The notes beneath the pieces are model-generated. The model had not been told where the DNA came from and did not search any database. It was given only the letters and a program-made list of their open reading frames with translations. A stretch of DNA of 64,000 bases, taken from assembly GCA_965262915.1 (NCBI GenBank), contig OZ253564.1:2496001-2560000 (forward strand), read 5' to 3'. Numbering within the stretch: the stretch's first letter is position 1; the number at the start of each line of letters is the position of its first letter. Shown piece by piece: positions 56,633 to 64,000 of this stretch. The stretch is from Candidatus Spongiisociaceae bacterium (GTDB lineage Bacteria; Actinomycetota; Acidimicrobiia; Spongiisociales; Spongiisociaceae). Both the position numbers and the translations under genes were made by a program.

Positions 56633-57807
56633 CAGCTGCCCCGCGGGAGGCCGAGCCCCCGCAATGCGATGATGTTCTTCTGGATCTCGGTGGTCCCGCC
56701 GGAGTGCTGGGAACAACTGGCCAGGTAGAGCTTCTCGATCCTTCCCCGGAGAACGGCCCGGCGCGACCCGGCGGGGACGAGGCCGGGGAGACCGAGTAGA
56801 TCGAGAGCGAAGTTGGCGAACGGATGCTGGAACTGGCGCGTCCGCAGGTTCTGGATCGAGGCCTCCGAACTCGGCTCCTCGCCGCGACTCTGCAACCACA
56901 CGATGCGCCACGAGAGCATCCGTTGCGCTTCGAGTTCCGTGGCCCACCTCGCCAGGCCGCGCCTCACGGATCGCTCTGCGATCAGCGGCTCGCCGGCGCG
57001 GCGGGTGTCACGGCAGTAGGAGATCAGATCGCCGAGCAGGCTCTGGTAGAGGGCCACGTAGTAGATGCCGGACCGCTCGATGTTGAGGGTGGACATCGCC
57101 ACCCGCCACCCCTGGTGTTCCGGTCCGATCCGGTTGCCGGCGGGTACCCGGACGTCGTCCAGGTAGATGCTGTTGAGACGCCCGTGGTTGATCGTGCGAA
57201 CCCCCTTCACGGTGATGCCCGGCGTCGAGTTGTCGACGATGAACATGCTGAGGTTGCGGTGACGGCGTGCGCCGGGGTCGGTCACAGCCAGCAACCACAG
57301 GTGCGTGGCGCGATGGGCCTCCGTACTGAACACCTTCAGACCGTTGAGAACGTAGTGGTCTCCCTCTCTCACCGCCCTGGTCCGGATGTTGGCGAGATCC
57401 GATCCTGCTTCGGGCTCCGTGAAGGCGGGTCCGTAGCAGTGCTCTGCTCGGGCGATGGGGGGCAGGAAGCGCTGCTTCTGCTCCTCGGTGCCGTACGTGA
57501 TCAGCGGCATCGCCACCCACTCGGTGGCGATGTTGTGCCAACCGACCGGAGCCCGGTACCGCCCCAGTTGCTCGTTGAGCACGGCAACGTAGGACAGGGG
57601 AAGTCCCGATCCGCCGTACGCGGTGGGCCACGCCAGGCTCAGCCACCCGCGCCGGGCGAGCTTCCGCGAGAACGGTTGGGACCAGTTGCTCTCCGCCGCT
57701 TGCTGCGTGTCGAGTTCGTCCAGGAGCTCCGCCGTTATCCCCGCTTCGAGGAAGTTCGCGACCCCGGTCCGGAAGGCAGCCAGTTCGGGACCGAGTGACA
57801 TGTCCAT
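56632..57807 (-). CDS. Acyl-CoA dehydrogenase, probable alpha subunit
   Basis: GW....WP..YGG, YGTEEQK, FTEPEAGSDLA, LNGLKVF, ERS, GGTTEIQKNIIA.RGLGLPR. Confidence 0.92.
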   Translation of the reverse strand: MDMSLGPELAAFRTGVANFLEAGITAELLDELDTQQAAESNWSQPFSRKLARRGWLSLAWPTAYGGSGLPLSYVAVLNEQLGRYRAPVGWHNIATEWVAMPLITYGTEEQKQRFLPPIARAEHCYGPAFTEPEAGSDLANIRTRAVREGDHYVLNGLKVFSTEAHRATHLWLLAVTDPGARRHRNLSMFIVDNSTPGITVKGVRTINHGRLNSIYLDDVRVPAGNRIGPEHQGWRVAMSTLNIERSGIYYVALYQSLLGDLISYCRDTRRAGEPLIAERSVRRGLARWATELEAQRMLSWRIVWLQSRGEEPSSEASIQNLRTRQFQHPFANFALDLLGLPGLVPAGSRRAVLRGRIEKLYLASCSQHSGGTTEIQKNIIALRGLGLPRGS

Positions 57808-57997
57808 CAGTCCCGCTCCGCACCGAACCGGGGGGCCGCGCAAGGGACGGCGTGGTTCACTCCGCGGATCCCCGCGGCAGCGCCACCGTCGAAACGCGCC
57901 CCGGCCATCGCGTCATACGCCGCGTCCCGGTGCGGCATGAGGTCGGCGATCACCTAGGCGGCCACTCCTCCGGACATGTAGCCGAGGTTAACCTCGC

Positions 57998-59695
57998 TCA
58001 GACCGAGAAAGGCCTCGCCGGTGCCGATCTCGATGTCACTCGAGGGTCGGGCGGTATCAGGGGACCGGAACCCGGTGGAAGGTTGCCTAGTCCGGCACCT
58101 CGCCGGCGCACCCGCCCATGCCATAGCTCAGGACGACGGAGAACCGGAACTCTGCTGGTGCGGGAGCACGTCGCGGAGGGGACCCCCCTCAGCATGAGGG
58201 CGGCGAGGGCCGCCGCGGCGGCTACCGGTATGGCTAGCCGGAACATCTGGCTGGAACTGAGAGCGACCGCCTCGCGGATGATGTCTCGGAGAGGTGCTTC
58301 CATCGTCGCGACGACGGCCGGACTCGCGACGAGTTCGCTCACGTTCAGCCCGGCCATAGGCGAGTCCTCCGGGAGTTCGGAAGCGAGGGTCGCCGCGAGC
58401 CGTGCGTTGAACAGCGCGCCGAAGACTGCTATCCCGGTACTCCCCCCGAGTTGGCGGAACACCTGCACGGACGAGGTCGCCACCCCGAGATCTCGCGGAT
58501 GGACCGCGTTCTGGATGACGAGTACGAGCACCGGTATCAGGATGCCTATGCTCAATCCGAGGACTGCGACGTTGGCGGCTGCGGCCGGCGGGGTGGTCGA
58601 GACGGTCATGGTGCTCAGCAGCGCCAACCCGACTCCGAGAAGCAAGCATCCCACAGTCACCACGGATCTGTAGCGACCCCATCTCGTCACGATACGGCCC
58701 GAGACGAGGCTTCCCACGAGGGAGGCGGTAAGCATGGGAAACAGCAGGAGCCCGGAATGGGTTGCGGACATACCCAAGGAAATCTGCAGGAAGACAGGCA
58801 AGTAGGCGAAGGGAAGGAATAGACCGAAGCCGGTGATGAAGCTAATCGTGTTCGCGACCGAGAACTCCCGGTTCCGAAACAGGAACAGTGGCAGGATGGG
58901 CGAAGCTACCTTCCTTTCCCGCCCCACAAACCACAGCAGCGCCACCCCTCCCACCGCGAGAGTCGAGAGGATCACCGCTGAGTTCCAGGCATGCTCACGA
59001 CCACCCCAGGTCGCGACCAGCAGGAACGCCGACAGACCGACCGCCAGGAGGATCGCCCCGAGCCAGTCGATCCGGATCCCCCTGGCCACCGGCGGCTTGG
59101 TCAGGTTCCGGCGGATCACGAGGAATGTGAAGACAGCCAGCGGAACGCTCGGGTAAAAGGCCAGACGCCACGAGAGATGGTCGACCATCAGACCTCCCAC
59201 CAACGGCCCTCCCAGGCTGGCGACTGCGAACACCGCGCTTATGTACGCCTGGTACCGGCCCCGCTGCCGCGGCGCGATGATGTCACCCACGATCATGTAG
59301 CTGAGGGAGATCAGGCCGGCCGACCCGGTCCCTTGGACGGCTCGGAACGCGATGAGCTGCCCGATGTTCTGGCTGAGGCCCGCTGCGCACGACCCTACGG
59401 CGAACAGCGCTAGCGCGACCTGCATGAGGCGGCGACGACCGTACAGGTCCGACAGCTTGCCGTACAGGGGAACCGTGACTGTCGACGCGAGCACGTTGGC
59501 CGTGAGAACCCATGGGAGTAACGTGAGGGCGCCCATCTCACCGACGATGGTCGGCAACGCCGTCGACACGATCGTGGCGTCCATCGCGGAGATGGCCATG
59601 GCTAGCAGAAGCGCCAGGAAGGTTCTGCGGCCCGCCGGCGTCAGCCCCGACGTACGCCTATCTACCCCGGCGCGTCCTTCGGGCCGTCGGGTCAT
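57998..59695 (-). CDS. MFS drug:H+ antiporter, DHA2/EmrB-QacA family (C-terminus probably frameshifted)
   Basis: MDATIVSTALPTI, YGKLSDLYGRR, RAVQG, RGRY, GPLVGG, DWLG, RQLGG. Confidence 0.9.
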   Translation of the reverse strand: MTRRPEGRAGVDRRTSGLTPAGRRTFLALLLAMAISAMDATIVSTALPTIVGEMGALTLLPWVLTANVLASTVTVPLYGKLSDLYGRRRLMQVALALFAVGSCAAGLSQNIGQLIAFRAVQGTGSAGLISLSYMIVGDIIAPRQRGRYQAYISAVFAVASLGGPLVGGLMVDHLSWRLAFYPSVPLAVFTFLVIRRNLTKPPVARGIRIDWLGAILLAVGLSAFLLVATWGGREHAWNSAVILSTLAVGGVALLWFVGRERKVASPILPLFLFRNREFSVANTISFITGFGLFLPFAYLPVFLQISLGMSATHSGLLLFPMLTASLVGSLVSGRIVTRWGRYRSVVTVGCLLLGVGLALLSTMTVSTTPPAAAANVAVLGLSIGILIPVLVLVIQNAVHPRDLGVATSSVQVFRQLGGSTGIAVFGALFNARLAATLASELPEDSPMAGLNVSELVASPAVVATMEAPLRDIIREAVALSSSQMFRLAIPVAAAAALAALMLRGVPSATCSRTSRVPVLRRPELWHGRVRRRGAGLGNLPPGSGPLIPPDPRVTSRSAPARPFSV

Positions 59696-59996
59696 TGCGC
59701 AGCCCGCTCCCCCGGATTCCTCACCGCGGACGGACCTCGAGGCAGTATGTGACCAGGGTCACGGGCACCTCTCCGGACTCACGAAGGGCACGAGCAATCC
59801 GCTCGCGGCCGGTCGACTACAAGAGGGGTCGGGTGTGGCGTCGACGAGTCAAGCGGGATCGTCATGTTCAGCATTCTCCGAGGGCCTCTCGGTACAATAC
59901 AGGCCGAGCGGCCGGCAATGGCCGGCGTCCCTTTGTCCCGGACTCCGGACATCGGTCATGCGACCGGCCAGACCATCGGCCCGGAGGAACCGGCGG

Positions 59997-61547
59997 ATGA
60001 CCGAACCCGAGGATGCCCTGGTGGATACCACTTCAGGCGCTGTCAGGGGCTCGTGCAGGGACGGGATTCAGGTGTTCATGGGCATTCCGTATGCGGCGCC
60101 CCCTGTCGGGAGACTGCGTTACCGCAAGCCGATTCCACCTGCATCTTGGGACGGAGTTCGCCCTTGCCTGGAGCCCGGTCCCGCATCCCTGCAACGAGAA
60201 GGCGCAGCAGGTGGCATGGCGGCCCGCTACCGGGTCCGGGAGAAGAGGGACGAAGACTGTCTTTTCCTGAACGTGTGGACCCCCGGTGTGAAGGCTGCGG
60301 AGAGACCTGTGATCGTCTTCGTACACGGCGGCGCCTACTTGAGTGGCTCGGGTGCGGTCGAGCTTTACGACGGAACCCGTTACGCGGGAGGTGGAGCCGT
60401 CTTCGTCACGTGCAACTACCGGCTGGGCGGGCTCGGGTTCGTGCATCTCGACGACTGCTTCCCCGAACTGGAGAGCACCGGCAACCTGGGCATTCTGGAC
60501 GTGGTCCGGGTGCTGGAATGGGTCCGGGAGAACATCGCGGCCTTCGGCGGCGATCCGGACAACGTCACGCTTGCCGGCAGCTCGTCGGGGGCGATAACGA
60601 CTGCAGCGCTGCTGGCGTCTCCACTCCGAAGGGGCCTCTTCAGACGCGCGGTCATCATGAGCAGCGCCGCCGGGCACACCACCCTCGACCGCGACACGGC
60701 CGGCCGGATCGGGCGCAGGTTCCTCGATCACGTCGGCGTGATGCCGGGTGACCTGGGCTCGCTACAAGCGCTCCCGGCGCGACGGCTGATCATTCCGTCC
60801 GGGCCGGTATGGACCGACATGGTCCGGATAGCCGATTGGCATCCGCTGTGCCCGGTCAGTGACGGGCAAGTGCTCACCGGCCCGGTCATCGACCTGGTGG
60901 CCCGCGGAGCCGGAGCGGGGGTGGACGTGGTGGCCGGCTCCACCACCGACGAGCAGCGGTCGGCATACTTCGGCGAGGACGGAGCCGGCCTTCCCATTGC
61001 CCTGGACAGAGCGACCTTCTCTACGAGAACATGGGAGCGGTTGTTCGAGCCGTCGGGTCGACCCTTCGACGACGTGCGGCGGATCTATGCACGGTCGGTC
61101 ACCGCCCGGGGATGGGAGTTCAACGAGGCCGAGTTCGCTTCGGCGGCGAGCTCCGACTACGTGATGGCCATCCCCACCATCCAGTTCGCCGCTGCCCATA
61201 GTTCCGCCGGAGGGCGGTCCTTCCTGTACAGGTTCGCCTGGCCGTCCCCGCTCCTGGACGGGTTTCTCGGGTCGTTCCACGGATTGGGGACGCCGTTCTT
61301 CTTCGACAACCTGGACCAACCTGGGTGGGCGCCCGTATTGGGCCCCGACCCTCCCGCGTTTCTGGCCAGGGGATTCCGGGAGTCGGTGATCGGATTCGCC
61401 ACCGACGGGGACCCCAATGTCGGCGGTCTGCCGACCTGGCCCGTGTATACGACCGAGACCCGGCAGACGTTGGTTCTCGATGACCCGCCGCTTGTCGTGA
61501 AGGATCCCGATCGCACGCGCTGTGAAGTCTGGGAAGGATGGAGGTAG
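59997..61547 (+). CDS. Type-B carboxylesterase
   Basis: GIPYAAPPVGRLR, EDCLFLNVWTP, HGGAY, FGGDPDNVT.AGSSSG, GSTTDE, FHG. Confidence 0.93.
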   Translation: MTEPEDALVDTTSGAVRGSCRDGIQVFMGIPYAAPPVGRLRYRKPIPPASWDGVRPCLEPGPASLQREGAAGGMAARYRVREKRDEDCLFLNVWTPGVKAAERPVIVFVHGGAYLSGSGAVELYDGTRYAGGGAVFVTCNYRLGGLGFVHLDDCFPELESTGNLGILDVVRVLEWVRENIAAFGGDPDNVTLAGSSSGAITTAALLASPLRRGLFRRAVIMSSAAGHTTLDRDTAGRIGRRFLDHVGVMPGDLGSLQALPARRLIIPSGPVWTDMVRIADWHPLCPVSDGQVLTGPVIDLVARGAGAGVDVVAGSTTDEQRSAYFGEDGAGLPIALDRATFSTRTWERLFEPSGRPFDDVRRIYARSVTARGWEFNEAEFASAASSDYVMAIPTIQFAAAHSSAGGRSFLYRFAWPSPLLDGFLGSFHGLGTPFFFDNLDQPGWAPVLGPDPPAFLARGFRESVIGFATDGDPNVGGLPTWPVYTTETRQTLVLDDPPLVVKDPDRTRCEVWEGWR

Positions 61548-61632
61548 GAATGATTGCCGGGTTACCGCTCGAAGGCCACCCAGCCGGGGTGCATGCCATC
61601 GGCAATAGACCGGATACAACAGGAGGAGCCGG

Positions 61633-62616
61633 ATGGACATCGGAATAGGCGCCGCGGGCTCGATCAAGGAGAAGCAGCGTTTCGCCAGATTCGCGGAGGA
61701 ACTCGGCTACCACTCGATCTGGATGCCGGAAGGGCGCAGCGGTGATCAGTTCTCGATCCTTACCGCCTGTGCCCTCGCCACGACCCGCATCAAGGTCGGC
61801 ACCAACATCTCCAGCGTCTTCGTGCGGACCGCTCCGCTCCTAGCGATGTCCGCCGCAACGGTGGACGCCTTCTCGGATGGGCGGCTGATCCTGGGTCTGG
61901 GCACCGACCACCGTAACCAGGTGGTCTACATGCACGGTCACCCGTTCGAAAAGCCCATCCCCCGGATGGTCGAGACTGTCGACATCATCCGGGCCTTGCT
62001 CCGCGACGACGTGGTGTCCTACGACGGGGATATCTTCAAGATCCGCCGCTACGACATGCACGTCCATCCGGTCGTGCGCCGAGAGATCCCGATCTGGATA
62101 GCAGCCGTCAACCCGAAGATGCTCGGCGTGGCGGGCGAGATCAGTTCGGGCACGATCCTCGTGAACCACACGATCGAGTCGGCCAGGACCGCCAAGGCGC
62201 AGTTCGTAGAGGGGGCGGAGCGGGCCGGGAAGACAGCCGCCGACGTCACGATGGCGGCCATGATCCCCGTGGCGGTGGCGGACGATCGGGCCGAAGCCCG
62301 ACAGCAGATGCGTTACCGCCTGACCGGGATGGTGACCCGCAACCCCCGCTATATCGCCTTGAAGTACCGGCTCGGCTTCGGGGAGGAGTGGGAGCGCATG
62401 CTCGGGATCCTCGACGAGGACGGGAGGGACGCCGCCGCCAAGGTGCTCTCCGACGACTACCTGGACGCCTTCACCGTCTGCGGAACGCCCGGCGAGGTCC
62501 GCGAGCGCATCAAGCTGTGGGTCGCCAACGGCGTCGACCTGCCCATCATCGCGGGGGGCTTCGGTTCCAAGGAGGCCCTGGCCGTGACCCTCGCTCTCGC
62601 GCCGTCGACGTTCTGA
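61633..62616 (+). CDS. LLM-class flavin/F420-dependent oxidoreductase
   Basis: AEELGYHSIWMPE, TTRIKVGT, SDGRLILGLG, IPIWIAA, CGTP; AGGAGG RBS. Confidence 0.9.
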   Translation: MDIGIGAAGSIKEKQRFARFAEELGYHSIWMPEGRSGDQFSILTACALATTRIKVGTNISSVFVRTAPLLAMSAATVDAFSDGRLILGLGTDHRNQVVYMHGHPFEKPIPRMVETVDIIRALLRDDVVSYDGDIFKIRRYDMHVHPVVRREIPIWIAAVNPKMLGVAGEISSGTILVNHTIESARTAKAQFVEGAERAGKTAADVTMAAMIPVAVADDRAEARQQMRYRLTGMVTRNPRYIALKYRLGFGEEWERMLGILDEDGRDAAAKVLSDDYLDAFTVCGTPGEVRERIKLWVANGVDLPIIAGGFGSKEALAVTLALAPSTF

Positions 62617-62635
62617 TCCAGCAGGCTGCAATGAC

Positions 62636-64000
62636 TCAGCCACCGGACGGTGCGTAGAGCCGGGTCAGCTCCCTGAGGTCGTCGACCCTCTCCAACTCGT
62701 CGACGATCGCGATGATCTCGTTGCTCTGACCCTCGCCGATCACCGGGGCGGCGAGCCTGCGGAACTTCCCCTCCAGTTGCTCCTTCGTCATGGGCCGATC
62801 GGCCGTGCCGGTGATCTGGGAGATCGTGATGAACTTGCGGTGGATCCTTCCTGCGACCGCCACCTCGACGGTGATACCCAACTTTTCCCGGTCGACCACC
62901 GGATCCAGGTAGACGATCCGGATCCGGTTCGCCAGGTCGAGGGCCTCGGGATCACTCAGCGCCTCCTCGGAGAAGAACTCCGGCCCCGCCTTGCCGACGC
63001 CGTGCAGCAAGTGCATCGCGACCAGCCAAGGGATCGCGTAGGAGGCCTCCCAGTAGTCCTTCGGCGCCCCGGACGAGAACGGCGGCTCGACGAGGCGGTA
63101 AACGCTCGTGATGCCGGCCGTGATCTGATCGATGTGCTCGGCCCGCAGTCCCTCTTCCTCCATGATCTCGAGAGCGAGCTGGATCACCCCACCGGTCAGG
63201 TACGGCCCGAGGTAGTACTTCATCCCGGCCTTCCTCGTCAGGTAGAAGTACGGGCTGGGTGCATCAAGCTCGGAGAGCTTCTCGAGGTCGTAGGTGGCAT
63301 CGTGGTCGATGATGTCTTCGGGGCCTTCGTAACCCAGGCTCGCCAGGAGAGCCGCTTGAACACCGAACGGCGCCACGAGGATCATGGAGTTGGTCCCCAG
63401 CATCCTGTAGATCGAGCCGTCCTTGTGAATGGGTCGGAGCATGAATCCGGATGCTTGCGGAGCAAGCATCCATGAGAGGCCGATGGCCCGGGATGTCAGC
63501 TCCTCGTCGAGCCCCATCAGCTTGGCGGCACAGATCGCGCAGCCCACCGCGGTCTGCCTGCGATCCTGTCGGAAGCCGAGCAGATCGACGGACTCCGGCT
63601 TGAGGGCGGCGTTGAAATGCGACGCTATCTCGTACGAGAGCACGATGGCCGTGATCAGATCCTTCCCCGAGGCCCCGACCCGCTCGCCGACCGCCACCCC
63701 GGTATGGAAGTACAGCGTGAACCCGTGCCCACCCCCGGGACCGGTCTCGTTGTAGTCGGGTTCGTACGCCATCTGGGAGTTGACGCCCGCCGCCACACCG
63801 CAGGACACCTTCAGCCCGTCACCGATGATCGTCGCCTCCGGCGTGCCTCCCGCAGTCCTGGCGTAGTTGAGGAGAGCCGCCCCCCTCCGCGAGGTCTCGT
63901 AGTACCCCAGAAACCCGCACGCCAGGTCATCGAGGGCGAAGCTCTTGACCCGGTCGACGGTTTCGGGCGGGAGGTCCTCGAACCTCTCGCCGACGACTTT
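62636..64000 (-). CDS. MmgE/PrpD family protein (5' end outside the window)
   Basis: Open to the window edge: RFEDLPPETVDRVK..ALDDLAC...ATIIG...SGKDLITAIVLSYEI...EQLEGKFR. Confidence 0.85.
   Translation of the reverse strand, partial: KVVGERFEDLPPETVDRVKSFALDDLACGFLGYYETSRRGAALLNYARTAGGTPEATIIGDGLKVSCGVAAGVNSQMAYEPDYNETGPGGGHGFTLYFHTGVAVGERVGASGKDLITAIVLSYEIASHFNAALKPESVDLLGFRQDRRQTAVGCAICAAKLMGLDEELTSRAIGLSWMLAPQASGFMLRPIHKDGSIYRMLGTNSMILVAPFGVQAALLASLGYEGPEDIIDHDATYDLEKLSELDAPSPYFYLTRKAGMKYYLGPYLTGGVIQLALEIMEEEGLRAEHIDQITAGITSVYRLVEPPFSSGAPKDYWEASYAIPWLVAMHLLHGVGKAGPEFFSEEALSDPEALDLANRIRIVYLDPVVDREKLGITVEVAVAGRIHRKFITISQITGTADRPMTKEQLEGKFRRLAAPVIGEGQSNEIIAIVDELERVDDLRELTRLYAPSGG

Noticed and set aside
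59352-59996. 215-aa N-terminal extension of the carboxylesterase
   Set aside because: Overlaps the divergent MFS gene; family similarity begins at MTEPEDALV (59997)

Overview
High-GC bacterial genomic window. The lipoprotein signal peptides and expanded LLM, PhyH, sulfatase, MmgE/PrpD and peptide-ABC families suggest an Acidimicrobiia-type actinobacterium, possibly host- or sponge-associated; this is inference. Contents: two peptide/nickel-type ABC importer operons with catabolic neighbours, an MtaA/CmuA-type methyltransferase with a corrinoid protein, vapBC and higBA toxin-antitoxin loci (higB frameshifted), an intact IS1182-family element with a CTAG target duplication, a nine-gene purine operon (purL-Q-C-E-K-F-D-M-N), a variant inositol (iolE/iolD) cluster, an Asp-box beta-propeller lipoprotein, an acyl-CoA dehydrogenase pair, an MFS pump and a carboxylesterase. 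The most unusual signal is non-coding: five diverged intergenic copies of a ~210-260 bp element. Four keep a TTGA(C/A)N-N16/17-CA(T/C)AnT promoter with an internal T(G/A)TCAC-N10 box, followed by conserved sequence blocks and no shared full-length ORF, which suggests a multicopy ncRNA or mobile element. A separate 163-bp MITE family has six copies or fragments. Notable protein-level oddities are a PhyH dioxygenase with HxT in place of HxD next to the corrinoid methyltransferase, and an ABC ATPase pair with complementary degenerate motifs. No rRNA, tRNA or CRISPR array was seen.
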